A stretch of DNA of 64,000 bases, from the NCBI GenBank assembly GCA_017520505.1, contig JAFXFN010000024.1, positions 209-64,208 of the forward strand, read 5' to 3'. The notes beneath the pieces are model-generated. The model did no database searches and was not told the DNA's origin. It saw nothing but the letters and a program-made list of their open reading frames with translations. Positions 18,130-28,400 of the stretch are shown here, piece after piece (the first letter of the stretch is position 1; every line of letters starts with the position of its first letter). The DNA comes from Clostridia bacterium (GTDB lineage: Bacteria > Bacillota > Clostridia > Oscillospirales > CAG-272). The position numbers and the translations under genes were made by a program.

Positions 18130-18424
18130 AGGAAATATGCGCCATACGCCCGCAAGGCAATTTGCTTCGCAAATTGTGGGGGGTGCGGGCATGGCGCCGT
18201 TGTCACATACCTATGAAATGAAGAAAAATGGGTTTGAAGCGGCGGGAGTAGTCTCGCTGTGGCTCGGTCACGTTCGGGTTCTGACATACCACCGGTATGT
18301 CATTCATTACCCTCACGCCGCTTCGCTACCCCCGCCCTACAACACAGTCCTTGAATAAAACGAGCGGAAATGGGACAAAACGAACGAATGTTTGTTTTAA
18401 GTTCGAGAAATTCCAAAATCTGTA

Positions 18425-18453
18425 TTGACAAAATCGTGATTTTGTGGTATAAT
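18425..18453 (+). promoter_or_regulatory. Consensus sigma-A promoter of the phage-like cluster (TTGACA-N17-TGgTATAAT)
   Basis: -35 at 18425-18430, -10 at 18448-18453, extended -10 TG at 18445-18446. Confidence 0.7.
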
Positions 18454-18554
18454 ACGCACATCAGTTCGGAACAGGCAACTGCCCGACTGAAATGATATGC
18501 GATAATTATACCACTTTTTCTTTTGATTTCTCTAACTTCATAAGGAGGTTTACG

Positions 18555-18791
18555 ATGTGCGAATACTGTTATTCGTCACCGCATCTCAGGGGCTGCCCTG
18601 CAGGTGGTGACGACGGTGAAAAATATGCGAACAAATGTTCGTATTGTGGCGGAAGTTTTCAAGACGGAGACGGAGTTGTTCTGGGAACGGAAGCTTATTG
18701 CGATGACTGTATTGACGATTTTGACCTTGATGATGTTTTACAGATATCAGGTCACAGCAATGCAAAGGAGCTTTTAAGAGAGCTTGTATAG
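18555..18791 (+). CDS. Small Cys-rich (zinc-ribbon-like) protein, first gene of the phage-like cluster
   Basis: MCEYC...GCP...CSYCG...CDDC. ATG at 18555 after an AAGGAGG RBS. Confidence 0.6.
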   Translation: MCEYCYSSPHLRGCPAGGDDGEKYANKCSYCGGSFQDGDGVVLGTEAYCDDCIDDFDLDDVLQISGHSNAKELLRELV

Positions 18792-18799
18792 GAAGGACT

Positions 18800-19135
18800 A
18801 TGTTGAAGATTAACAACGGAAAAAGATTTTTACAGTCAATAGAAAAATATACCTGTGTCTGCAATTCCGACGACAGACTTCCCAATCTTGCGGGGTATCT
18901 CCGCTTTATGGGAATGACCGACGAGGAATACGCAAAGCTTTGCGAGAAGTTCCCGAAGCAGGCACAGCTTGCCATGTCGGTCTTTGAGGACGAGGCACTT
19001 AATTCGGGAACGAAAAAAATATCGGCATCCGTGCTCAATCTCTATCTGAAAAGCCGTTTCGGCTACGGCGGAGATGACAAGCACGATGACGACGGAATTT
19101 TAAGCGTTGTGTGCGAGCACAGCGACGGCGAATGA
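18800..19135 (+). CDS. Putative terminase small subunit
   Basis: 111 aa. Its stop overlaps the TerL start (ATGA). The call rests on position and size. Confidence 0.5.
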   Translation: MLKINNGKRFLQSIEKYTCVCNSDDRLPNLAGYLRFMGMTDEEYAKLCEKFPKQAQLAMSVFEDEALNSGTKKISASVLNLYLKSRFGYGGDDKHDDDGILSVVCEHSDGE

Positions 19136-20448
19136 AAAAGCTTTACTTGAAGGGCACGCCGAACAAAAAGCAGGAGCTGTTTTTCTCATCAAAAGCCAAG
19201 TTCACCGCCTACGGCGGTGCAAGGGGCGGCGGCAAAAGCTGGGCGCTTCGGCGCAAGCTCGTGCTTTTGTGTCTTCGCTACGCAGGGATAAAATGTCTTA
19301 TAATCAGACGAAGCTTTCCTGAGCTTCAGTATAACCACATACTGCCGCTTCGTGCGGAGCTTGGTGAGTGCGTGAAGTATTCAGAATCGGGGAAATGCTT
19401 TAAATTTCCCAACGGCTCTGTTTTGAAGCTCGGATATATGTCCGATGACGGTGACACACTTCAGTATCAGGGGCAGGAATACGACATAATCGCCCTTGAC
19501 GAGGCAACACAGCTGACCGAATACCGATTTTCAGCTTTAAAAGCGTGTCTTCGAGGCACGAACGGTTATCCGAAAAGAATGTATCTTTCGTGTAACCCCG
19601 GCGGTGTCGGTCACGCCTGGGTGAAGCGTTTGTTCATCGACAGAATATACCACGACGGGGAAAACCCCGATGATTACGCCTTTATTCAGGCGACGGCTTA
19701 TGACAATACCGTGCTGATGGAAAAGGACGGCGAATATATAAACACTCTGAAATCACTTCCGAAGGAGCTTCGTGCCGCCTGGCTTGACGGCAGGTGGGAC
19801 CTTTTTGAAGGACAGTTCTTCTCTGAAATTTCAGAGGATATCCACGTCATTCCGCCGTTTGAGCTTCCGTACGGTGTGCGCCGTATCGGCGGACTTGACT
19901 ACGGCTTCGATATGCTTGCGTTTGTCTGTCTTGCCATTGACGAGGACGGACGTGTTTACGTTGAGCGTGAGTACAGCGAGCCGAATTTGACCTTGTCATC
20001 TGCGGCACATAAAATAGCCGAGATGTGCCGAGGGCTTGATGTTGACTATATTTCCGCATCGCCCGATTTATGGAACAGACGGCAGGACAGCGGACTTTCG
20101 GGCTTTGAGATAATGGCAAACGTTCACGGTATGCCGCCGCTTATAAAGGCGGATAACAGGCGTGTTCCCGGTTGGCGTGCGCTTCGTGAATATCTCAAGG
20201 CTGACGGCGGTGAGCCGAAAATGAAATTTTTTAAGACGTGCTTTGACACGTTCCGATGTCTTTCATCTCTTACGTACGATAAGACGAAAGCAGAGGATGC
20301 CTCGGACACTCCGCACGAGATAACGCATCTGCCCGAGGCGCTTCGGTATGCGGTGATGTCGAGAATACAGCGTGCAGACACCGCCGAGGAAATGTACAAT
20401 ATGAGAAAAAGACGATATGAAAACAGAAATAATTTGGCAAATTACTGA
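19132..20448 (+). CDS. Phage terminase large subunit
   Basis: Walker A YGGARGGGKSW, Walker B-like DIIALDEAT, and a C-terminal nuclease-like half. Confidence 0.85.
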   Translation: MKKLYLKGTPNKKQELFFSSKAKFTAYGGARGGGKSWALRRKLVLLCLRYAGIKCLIIRRSFPELQYNHILPLRAELGECVKYSESGKCFKFPNGSVLKLGYMSDDGDTLQYQGQEYDIIALDEATQLTEYRFSALKACLRGTNGYPKRMYLSCNPGGVGHAWVKRLFIDRIYHDGENPDDYAFIQATAYDNTVLMEKDGEYINTLKSLPKELRAAWLDGRWDLFEGQFFSEISEDIHVIPPFELPYGVRRIGGLDYGFDMLAFVCLAIDEDGRVYVEREYSEPNLTLSSAAHKIAEMCRGLDVDYISASPDLWNRRQDSGLSGFEIMANVHGMPPLIKADNRRVPGWRALREYLKADGGEPKMKFFKTCFDTFRCLSSLTYDKTKAEDASDTPHEITHLPEALRYAVMSRIQRADTAEEMYNMRKRRYENRNNLANY

Positions 20449-20462
20449 CTTTTAGGAGGTAT

Positions 20463-22037
20463 ATGGAAAATAAAACAAAGGCTTGGGAGCAATACGAGGC
20501 CGGTGTTGAATACAAAAGGCGCATAGGTCTTTACACAACTGTGCGTGAAAACGAGCGCTTTTACAGAGGCGAGCAATGGGAGGGCGTGAACGCAAACGGT
20601 CTGCCAACTCCCGTGTTCAACATCATTAAGCGTATTGTTTCGTATATGATAAGCACCGCCACCTCACAGCCGATAAGTGTGAGCTACAGCGACGATTCGC
20701 TGAGCGTTATCGGCAGTGAACGGCTGAAAAAGCAGATCTCCGACGGTATCGAGCTGCTCAACAAAAACGTGTCGTACAGGCTTGACAAGGACAAGATAGA
20801 GTCGCTTGTCAGGGGTGCTATGCTCGATGCGGCTGTGTCGGGCGACGGGGTGTTTTACACCTTCTGGGATTCCGACATAAAGACGGGGCAGATATATACG
20901 GGTGACATAAGAACGGTTTTGTGCGACAATACGGATTTATTTGTTGCCAACGTGAACAGCCGTGACATTCAAAGGCAGGATTACGTGATGCTCAAGGGGC
21001 GTGACACGGTCGAGCATCTGAAAAAGGAAGCCCTCGAAAACGGTGTTTCGCCCAAGGATGCTGAGAAGATAGTTCCCGACGATACGGAGGGCATAGGTGC
21101 AGGTGAGCTTTTCGACATTGAGAGCGAAAACGATGAATATGCTACGTTTCTGCTCAAATTCAGCCGTGATGAAAACGGATACGTCGTGTGGGAGAAAGCC
21201 ACACAGTCCACCGTTATCAAAACGTGTCAAACGAAGATGAGAAGATACCCGATAGCGTACTTTTCGTGGGAGAACGCAAAGGGCTCATTTATCGGAAATT
21301 CACCCGTTACGGCTCTTATTCCCAATCAGAAATACATCAACAAGGCTTACGCCATGGTGATGAAGCATATGACGGACACCGCATTTTCAAAGGTCATTTA
21401 TGACAAGACTCTCATTCCCGAATGGACGAATGAGGTCGGTGAGGCGGTCGGTGTCAAGGGCGGTGACGTCAGAGGTGCGGCTGTTGCCCTCGGTGCGGGT
21501 AACATGCAAAGCGGATTTCTTGACGTTATCAATCTGACGATGATGCACACGAAGGAGCTGATGGGGGCGACCGATGCCGCACTCGGTGAGGTCGATCCCG
21601 ACAACACCTCGGCTATCCTTGCGCTTCAGGAATCGTCAAACGTTCCGCTTGAAAACATAAGACAGAATCTTTACGCTTGTATTGAGGACCTTGCCCTCAA
21701 CTGGGCGGAGATGATGTTTGAATATTATCCCGAGGGCAGATTCCTGCCCTATGACGATAACGGAGAGAGCAAAAGCGGCAAGATGCCCGACTACGAGCTT
21801 TTTAAAAATTCCGTTATCCGTGCCCGTGTTGACGTGGGGGCGGGCACGAAATACTCGCAGATAGTTGCGGTTAATACGCTTGACAAGCTTTTGTCGGGCG
21901 GATTTATCGGAATTGAGGATTATCTTGAAAGACTGCCCGACGGCATAATTTCCGACAAGCGTGAGCTTATTGAAAAAGCCGTGCTTCGTCAGAAGAGTTC
22001 CGAGCAGACGGAAACGGAGGCAATCGATGGACAATGA
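20463..22037 (+). CDS. Phage portal protein
   Basis: 524 aa, immediately after TerL. Acidic C-terminus. The call rests on position, size and general resemblance. Confidence 0.65.
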   Translation: MENKTKAWEQYEAGVEYKRRIGLYTTVRENERFYRGEQWEGVNANGLPTPVFNIIKRIVSYMISTATSQPISVSYSDDSLSVIGSERLKKQISDGIELLNKNVSYRLDKDKIESLVRGAMLDAAVSGDGVFYTFWDSDIKTGQIYTGDIRTVLCDNTDLFVANVNSRDIQRQDYVMLKGRDTVEHLKKEALENGVSPKDAEKIVPDDTEGIGAGELFDIESENDEYATFLLKFSRDENGYVVWEKATQSTVIKTCQTKMRRYPIAYFSWENAKGSFIGNSPVTALIPNQKYINKAYAMVMKHMTDTAFSKVIYDKTLIPEWTNEVGEAVGVKGGDVRGAAVALGAGNMQSGFLDVINLTMMHTKELMGATDAALGEVDPDNTSAILALQESSNVPLENIRQNLYACIEDLALNWAEMMFEYYPEGRFLPYDDNGESKSGKMPDYELFKNSVIRARVDVGAGTKYSQIVAVNTLDKLLSGGFIGIEDYLERLPDGIISDKRELIEKAVLRQKSSEQTETEAIDGQ

Positions 22038-22356
22038 GCGTTTTACCTCGGAAACGGAGGAGTTTTACGAAAATTTCCCCGACGTTGACCTCGACACGGT
22101 AAGCGATGACGTGTGGCAGAGCGTTAAAAACGGCGAGCGTCTTACAGACGCCTACCGCCGTGAAAGAAACGCCGAGGCGCAGGCGTTAGCCCGTAACGAA
22201 AAGAACCGAATGTCGTCGTCTGGTGCTGTCGGCAAGACGGTGCGCCAAAGAGGCGTTTACAACGAGCGTGACGTGCGTGCGATGAGCCCGAAGCAGGTAC
22301 ACGATGAATACGATAATATCATCAAAAGTATGAGTGGGAAAGGGTTCTTTAAGTGA
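22027..22356 (+). CDS. Putative scaffolding protein (109 aa, charged, helical)
   Basis: ATG at 22027 overlaps the portal stop. Charged, low-complexity composition. Lies between the portal and capsid genes. Confidence 0.45.
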   Translation: MDNERFTSETEEFYENFPDVDLDTVSDDVWQSVKNGERLTDAYRRERNAEAQALARNEKNRMSSSGAVGKTVRQRGVYNERDVRAMSPKQVHDEYDNIIKSMSGKGFFK

Positions 22357-23011
22357 GCGGGGATGGGGTTCACCCTCTCCGTCGGTAGTTGGTTTACCAA
22401 CTACAACCACCATCCCCCAAAGGGGGAGGCATAACATCACATCGGATAAAATTGGCGGAAATGGGTTTGAAAATGAAATGCCTGTGGTATGAAATGTTAT
22501 CCGTTGTGCGGATAACATTGTAAACAATCCTCCCACCAAGCTTACGCTTGGTCCCCCCTCCTTTACACAAGGAGGGCTTGGGTGAACGGGGATGGGATTA
22601 AAACACCTCATCCACCGCAAGCAAGGTGTATCAGGGCGATACACCGGTAGTTGACCTTGTCAACTACAAGTCCCGTCCTTTTCCCGCTGGGGAAGGCAGA
22701 ACATTATAACCGTAGTATCTTGTTTCACATAAATTTTTACGGTGACGGCGCCATGCCCGCACCCCCCACGGCTCGCAGGCGTAACGGTAGTTCGCCCGAG
22801 CCGCCCTGCGGGCGAATGGCGCAGATTTCCTACGGAAATCTATTTGTAACATTTAAGAAGAAACAAGGCAGTAGAAAAATGAAAAAGGTAGAATATCACG
22901 CCGGGCTTGCGTTTTCGGGCGGTGTAGTTCGTGGTTCGCCACGAACTACATGAATCTACCCCTACAAATCACGTTGAATTTAAATAACATAAAAAGAAAG
23001 GAAAAATAAAT
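22357..23011. repeat. 655-bp block of REP-like hairpins inside the phage-like operon
   Basis: GTAG hairpins at 22385-22404, 22647-22667, 22788-22816 and 22924-22949. CCCCTACA at 22959-22966. 24-nt motif at 22449-22472. No credible ORF. Confidence 0.75.
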
Positions 23012-23851
23012 ATGGCTATTACACAGTTTATACCTACAGTGTGGAGTGAAACGCTCTACAGACAGCTTGACAAGGAATATATTGCAGTTAAGAACTGCTC
23101 AAGAGAATTTGAGGGCGATATCAAGAATATGGGTGACACGGTAAAGATCATCGGTCTTAACCCCATCAACGTATTCGACTACACCAAGAATACGGATATG
23201 TCAGCCCCCGGTGAGCTTTCGGACAACGTCCGTATGCTTACCGTCAACCGTGCAAAGGCGTTCAATTTCGTCATTGACGATATTGAAGCGGCGCAGACGT
23301 CTCCCGTTATTATGAAGGAGGCTATGCGTGTTGCCGCAAGCGCACTTTCAAACGAAGCGGACAAGTATATTTACTCCCTTTATGAAACAGTGCCCACGGA
23401 GAACGTCATCAAGTCAGACTCTCTTACATCTGACGGCGTGCTTGACCTTTTGCTGAATGCTCAGCAGAAGCTTCTTGAAAAGAACGTACCCGGCAATGAG
23501 GAGATCGTGCTTGAAGTACCGCCTTGTGTTGCGGCAAAGATCATCAAGGCGAAGATAATGAACGGCACGTCAAACGAGGAGGAGCTTGACAAGGGCTGTA
23601 TCGGCAAGTTCCTCGGCTTCAGGATCTACGTTTCAAACAATATCGTGAACGCTCAGAATTACCACAAGTGCTTTGCAAGAACAAAGCGTGCCATCGCCTT
23701 TGCAGAGCAGATAAACGAGGTTGAGGCATACCGTCCCGAAAAGCGTTTTGCCGATGCTGTAAAGGGACTTCACCTTTACGGCGCAAAGGTCGTTTATCCC
23801 GACGAGATACTTGTGCTTGACATAAGCGTGGGTGACGAAGCGGGCGCATAA
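23012..23851 (+). CDS. Major capsid protein (HK97-fold, P22-coat-like small type)
   Basis: 279 aa. The N-terminus ITQFIPTVWSETL... resembles coat proteins. Position fits the head module. Confidence 0.6.
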   Translation: MAITQFIPTVWSETLYRQLDKEYIAVKNCSREFEGDIKNMGDTVKIIGLNPINVFDYTKNTDMSAPGELSDNVRMLTVNRAKAFNFVIDDIEAAQTSPVIMKEAMRVAASALSNEADKYIYSLYETVPTENVIKSDSLTSDGVLDLLLNAQQKLLEKNVPGNEEIVLEVPPCVAAKIIKAKIMNGTSNEEELDKGCIGKFLGFRIYVSNNIVNAQNYHKCFARTKRAIAFAEQINEVEAYRPEKRFADAVKGLHLYGAKVVYPDEILVLDISVGDEAGA

Positions 23852-24237
23852 TGAAATGCAGTGACGTTTTTGAGCTTGCGGCATCATATATCGGCGAGGA
23901 TGCCGAGGCTGTTGATTTTGCAGAGCTTGCACGCCGTTTACCGCCGATGCTCGGCGCAGTTATATCCGAGCACATTCCGCTTGACAAGATACTGACAGAC
24001 GGACAGACGCCGTACCCCGCAATGGGACAGATACGTGACGGGGAGGATGTTTTTCCGCTGTGTGACGAATGCGCCGTTTTATGCGCCTTGCGCCTCGGCA
24101 TACTTCTTATTGCCGATGAAAACCCCGAGCTTGCTTCGTTTTTGTCGGGTGAATATACACGGGTGCGCTCCTCGGCACTTTCTTCTGTGAGTGCGCACAG
24201 AGAAAGCATAAAGGATATGTATCCCGGTATCGTTTAA
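23851..24237 (+). CDS. Hypothetical phage protein (possible head-tail adaptor)
   Basis: 128 aa. Its start overlaps the capsid stop (TAATG). Confidence 0.4.
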   Translation: MKCSDVFELAASYIGEDAEAVDFAELARRLPPMLGAVISEHIPLDKILTDGQTPYPAMGQIRDGEDVFPLCDECAVLCALRLGILLIADENPELASFLSGEYTRVRSSALSSVSAHRESIKDMYPGIV

Positions 24238-24247
24238 GGAGGTGCTT

Positions 24248-25969
24248 ATGGCATTTTTTAAAAAGAGTCACAAATTTCAGATGACAGTCAGTTCCTTTAA
24301 CGGAACTGACTGTACAAAAAAGGTGACAAATGCAATATCATCCGCTGAATATATGCGTAATTTCAGAATTACGGAAAACGGCAAGCTTCAGAAAAGATAC
24401 GGCTACAAGAGGCTTGCGGATATACAGGGAGAAGATATTTACGTGTCGGACGGTGTAATTTTTTACCGCAACGGTAAGACACTTAACGCATATAATATAG
24501 ATAAGCAGACGATAGTATCATCGTATGAGCTGGGTGTGATGGGCAAGACCGTTTATTTTACATTCGGCGGTGCGGTGTACTGCGTTTGCGAGGACGAAAT
24601 AGTTGTTTATGAATACGGCCGTTTTGAAGAAAGTGAGCCGTACGTGCCGACGATAGCAATTACCTGCTCACCTGACGGCGGCGGTACTTTGCACGAGTCG
24701 CTGAATCTGCTTTGCGATATGGCGAAGATGTCCTTTTCGCCCGACGGGGTTGCGGTGAAATATAAGCTTCCGTCAAGCTCGGTCGGTGTGGAATACGTGA
24801 CGAAGGACGGCTTTGATATGCCTGTGGATAAATATTCATTCGATCTGTCATCCCACACGGTCACGTTTATAGAACCGCCCGAAGGCGGTGTTTCCGACAG
24901 CTTGCAGATAACATTTTTGATGTCGAGCAATTCGATAGACAAAAGAGTGCTTCACGGCCGCCGCTTTTGCATATATGGCGGTGAATTTGACAGCAGAGTT
25001 TTTGCCTACGGCGGTGACAACGTCATATTTTATTCGGATATAACGTCAAGGGGTGCTGATCCGCTTTATTTTCCTGCGGATAACTACATAAAGGTCGGTG
25101 ACGGTACGTACGACGTTACGGCACTCGTGCGCCATTATTCAACGCTCGCCGTGTTCACATCGGGCGATGCGTGGTACATTTCGCCGTCAAGTGTTGACTA
25201 CGACGGCTACAGAAAGCCGTCGTTCCCGATATATCCTCTCAACGGAAGCGTTGGCACGTCGTACGGCTGTGCGGCACTTGTTGATAACTCACCTCTGACG
25301 GTGAACGAGGACGGCGTGTATTTGTGGCGTGCGACAAACGTGCGTGACGAAAGAAACGCCGTGTGTATATCGGAGCGCATTGAACCGCTTTTGCACAGCT
25401 ATTTCCTTGAAAATGCGGGGGTTTTTGACTATCAGAGCAAAAAGGAGCTGTGGATATACAATTTCGGCACGGTTATGATATATAACTACGGTCTTGACGT
25501 CTGGTATGCCTTTGACGGCATTAATGCCGACGTTATGTATGAGCACGGCGGTGAGGTGCTTTTTGCAAATGCCTCGGGTGTTTACATTTTTGACTCCGAG
25601 GTATATACCGATGACGGCAAAGCGTATAAGGCGATATGGCAAAGCGGCTTTGCCAATTTCGGACGGATAGACAAAAAAAGACTGTATATGCTCTACGCAT
25701 CGCTTGTGCCGGAGCCGTGCAGTAATATAAAAATAACGCTCGTTCCGAACACGGGCGAGCGTGTGACCGTCGGAGAAAACGGAGAATTTTCAAATGAGGT
25801 TCTTGACTTTTCAGCCCTCGATTTTTCCGATTTTACGTTTGAATGTGAGGGCAGGCCTGCCCTTACAAGGCACAGAATTCGTCTGCGCCGATTTGACAGC
25901 GTGCGCCTTATAATTGAAAATTCATACCCTGACAGCCGTGCGACAGTAGAAAGGGTAGTGATAAGCTGA
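24248..25969 (+). CDS. Large hypothetical phage structural protein (573 aa; tail/nozzle candidate)
   Basis: ATG at 24248, 6 nt after an AAGGAGG RBS. Beta-rich with repeated aromatic/Gly motifs. I recognise no family. Confidence 0.5.
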   Translation: MAFFKKSHKFQMTVSSFNGTDCTKKVTNAISSAEYMRNFRITENGKLQKRYGYKRLADIQGEDIYVSDGVIFYRNGKTLNAYNIDKQTIVSSYELGVMGKTVYFTFGGAVYCVCEDEIVVYEYGRFEESEPYVPTIAITCSPDGGGTLHESLNLLCDMAKMSFSPDGVAVKYKLPSSSVGVEYVTKDGFDMPVDKYSFDLSSHTVTFIEPPEGGVSDSLQITFLMSSNSIDKRVLHGRRFCIYGGEFDSRVFAYGGDNVIFYSDITSRGADPLYFPADNYIKVGDGTYDVTALVRHYSTLAVFTSGDAWYISPSSVDYDGYRKPSFPIYPLNGSVGTSYGCAALVDNSPLTVNEDGVYLWRATNVRDERNAVCISERIEPLLHSYFLENAGVFDYQSKKELWIYNFGTVMIYNYGLDVWYAFDGINADVMYEHGGEVLFANASGVYIFDSEVYTDDGKAYKAIWQSGFANFGRIDKKRLYMLYASLVPEPCSNIKITLVPNTGERVTVGENGEFSNEVLDFSALDFSDFTFECEGRPALTRHRIRLRRFDSVRLIIENSYPDSRATVERVVIS

Positions 25970-26268
25970 TGACATTTGACGAGGTGGCCCTGATCTCGGA
26001 AAGACACGAGATGCAGATAAAGTCTTTACAGCATCAGATAAATGACATAAAAGAGGTCACAAAGGAAATCAAAACAATGAATGAAACACTTATCGTTCTG
26101 ACAGAGGAGCTGAAGCATACGAACAACACTTTGAAATCATACGATGACAGGCTTGACACCCTGGAGGTAATGCCGAAAAACAGATGGAACACGCTTGTGA
26201 ACGCCGTGCTGACGGCTATCGTATCGGGGCTTGTGGGCTATGCCGCAGCGCATTTCGTCGGAATGTGA
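25969..26268 (+). CDS. XhlA-like lysis-associated membrane protein
   Basis: N-terminal coiled coil plus a single C-terminal TM helix. Precedes holin and amidase, as in xhlA-xhlB-xlyA. Confidence 0.6.
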   Translation: MTFDEVALISERHEMQIKSLQHQINDIKEVTKEIKTMNETLIVLTEELKHTNNTLKSYDDRLDTLEVMPKNRWNTLVNAVLTAIVSGLVGYAAAHFVGM

Positions 26269-26282
26269 AAGGGGGTAGCTGA

Positions 26283-26588
26283 TTGCAGATAAATGATTTT
26301 CTCACCTGGCAGATGCTTGCGGGATTTTCCTGCATGGCAGCAGCGGTGGGAGTTCTTACACAGTTTTTCAAGGGGCTTTTTGATAAATTACCCGTCAGAG
26401 TGCCGACACGTGCGGTATCGTATATATTCGCTCTTTTGCTTCTTTTCGGCACGACGTACTTTACGGCAGATGCAGGGGCGTCGGAGTATTTCCTCTGCCC
26501 CGTCAACGCCGTATTCGTATCGTTTTCCTCAAACGGTGCGTTTGACTTCATAAAATCACTTTCTGACAAGGGGGACGGCGATGCTTAA
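26283..26588 (+). CDS. Holin
   Basis: 101 aa with 2-3 TM helices, immediately upstream of and overlapping the amidase. TTG start after a GGGGGT RBS (the alternative is ATG at 26313). Confidence 0.6.
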   Translation: MQINDFLTWQMLAGFSCMAAAVGVLTQFFKGLFDKLPVRVPTRAVSYIFALLLLFGTTYFTADAGASEYFLCPVNAVFVSFSSNGAFDFIKSLSDKGDGDA

Positions 26589-27609
26589 AATAACGCTTGA
26601 TCCGGGACACGGCGAAAACGCCAACAAGGGCGTGCTTCCCGATTATTACGAGGGAAAAAGGATGTTTCGATTAGCGGAATACTTAAAGGCAGAGCTTGAA
26701 AAATACGGCATTGATGCCGAGATGACGAAAAACAGAGTGAGTGACGATCCCACCCTGTCGTCAAGGGGAAATACGGCTGTGAAAAACGGCTCGGAGGTGT
26801 TTATATCACTTCATTCAAATGCGGCAGGAAGCGAAAAGGCGTGCGGTGTGTCGTCGTTTTACTCCGTAAAGCTTCCCGAAAGCCGTGAGCTTCTGACAAG
26901 GCTCGTCGATAAGGTGACGGCGGTTATGAACAAAAAGACGGGTGTCACATACAAAAGGGGCGTTATGACAAGAACGTACCAAAGCGGAGGCAGGGAGTAC
27001 GACTACTACGGCGTCATCAGAAATTCTATAGGCGGCGATGTCAGATATTCGTTTATCATCGAGCACGGATTTCACACAAACGAAAGGGAATGTGCGTTTT
27101 TGCTCGACGATGAGAATTTAAAGGATATAGCACGTGCCGAAGCCGAGGTCATCGCTGAATATTTTTCTCTTGAAGCGGAGGAAAATACGGAAAACGACGA
27201 GTCGGTTTACACGGTGCAAAAGGGCGATACGCTGTCGAAGATCGCTTCACTTTACGGTCTTTCTGTGACATCGCTTGCCGAATATAACGCCATTGAAAAC
27301 CCCAATCTTATTATTGTCGGTCAGAAGATACGGATACCGAAGGCGGATGAGCAAACGGTGCAGGTGGGTGACATTGTACGGCTGAAGGAGGGAACGGTAA
27401 CGTATTTCCCCGGAGGCAATCCGTTTTCGCCGTGGGTTAAAAATTACGATTATGCTGTTATGAAGGATTCTGACTCGCTTGGTAAGCCCGTTTACCGAGG
27501 TGGAGACCTTTGTGTGCTTTTAGGCGAAAGAGTGAACAGAAAAACAGGAGAACGAGGCGGTGCGATCAAATCCTGGTGCAGTGTAAATTACATAGATAAG
27601 GTTAAATGA
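26581..27609 (+). CDS. N-acetylmuramoyl-L-alanine amidase endolysin (Amidase_3 + LysM + C-terminal binding domain)
   Basis: DPGHG, SLHSNA and EHGFHTN motifs. LysM: [20 protein letters not shown]...GQKIRIP. Confidence 0.85.
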   Translation: MLKITLDPGHGENANKGVLPDYYEGKRMFRLAEYLKAELEKYGIDAEMTKNRVSDDPTLSSRGNTAVKNGSEVFISLHSNAAGSEKACGVSSFYSVKLPESRELLTRLVDKVTAVMNKKTGVTYKRGVMTRTYQSGGREYDYYGVIRNSIGGDVRYSFIIEHGFHTNERECAFLLDDENLKDIARAEAEVIAEYFSLEAEENTENDESVYTVQKGDTLSKIASLYGLSVTSLAEYNAIENPNLIIVGQKIRIPKADEQTVQVGDIVRLKEGTVTYFPGGNPFSPWVKNYDYAVMKDSDSLGKPVYRGGDLCVLLGERVNRKTGERGGAIKSWCSVNYIDKVK

Positions 27610-27622
27610 AAGGAATATAAAT

Positions 27623-28399
27623 TTGGCAATATCAACGTTCAATGAAAATCTTGATATAATCGCTTCCTTGCCGACTTGCCCCACGTCGCCCGAATATACG
27701 GCGGATGAGGTCAAGGGTAAGTTTGACGAGGGAGCGAAAAAAATAAAGGAGTATATAAACGGTACGCTTATACCGCAGATACTCGATGAGCTTGCAAATA
27801 CCGCCACGGGCGACGGCGCATATAAATATATTCCGTGCAAAAGACTGCTGAAGCAGTATAAAACGGCAGGGACATATATCTTTGATACGGAGGAATTTCC
27901 CTCCTTTACGGGTGTTTACGATGTCGTGCTTGTCGGCGGTGGCGGCGGAGGATATAATAGCGGCGAAAAGCAGGGCGGCGGCGGAGGTGCTGTCACGGAG
28001 CTTATCGGCGTTGACCTCGTCGGCAGATATACCGTGAACGTAGGCGCAGGCGGTGCGGTGTCAAACGGACTTTTTCCGAATGACGGCGAGAGCACCTATG
28101 TTACAAATGCGGGCGACGAAGTCGATTTTTATGAATATGCCGCAGGCGGACAGGGCGCTGACGGCGGAAAAACACGTGCAAGAGGCGGCGGTGTCGGCGC
28201 AACGGATGCCGTACCCAATGACGGTGCGGATGCCTACGGCGCAGGCGGTGACAGCATCGGCTACGGTACGGGCGCAAAGGGCGCAGGTATCGATGACAGC
28301 ATCATTCATCCCAAGGGCTACGGCGGTGGCGGCTGGGGAGCTGTTTCGGGCGGATGCGGCACGGTGCTTATATACGGATACGTAAGACAGGAGGTATAA
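27623..28399 (+). CDS. Glycine-rich tail-fibre/receptor-binding-like protein
   Basis: The N-terminus (LPTCPTSPEYTADEVKGKFDEGAKKIKEYINGTLIPQI) resembles Firmicutes phage fibre N-termini. Gly-rich C-terminal half (VGGGGGGYNSGEKQGGGGGA). Confidence 0.55.
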   Translation: MAISTFNENLDIIASLPTCPTSPEYTADEVKGKFDEGAKKIKEYINGTLIPQILDELANTATGDGAYKYIPCKRLLKQYKTAGTYIFDTEEFPSFTGVYDVVLVGGGGGGYNSGEKQGGGGGAVTELIGVDLVGRYTVNVGAGGAVSNGLFPNDGESTYVTNAGDEVDFYEYAAGGQGADGGKTRARGGGVGATDAVPNDGADAYGAGGDSIGYGTGAKGAGIDDSIIHPKGYGGGGWGAVSGGCGTVLIYGYVRQEV

Positions 28400-28400
28400 A

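Noticed and set aside
22186-22953. ORFs 22186..22644 (-), 22651..22953 (+) and 22664..22852 (-) inside the phage-cluster gap
   Set aside because: They are built almost entirely from REP hairpin sequence (Pro/Gly/Arg-rich translations). They have no RBS and overlap each other, so I treat the region as non-coding repeat.
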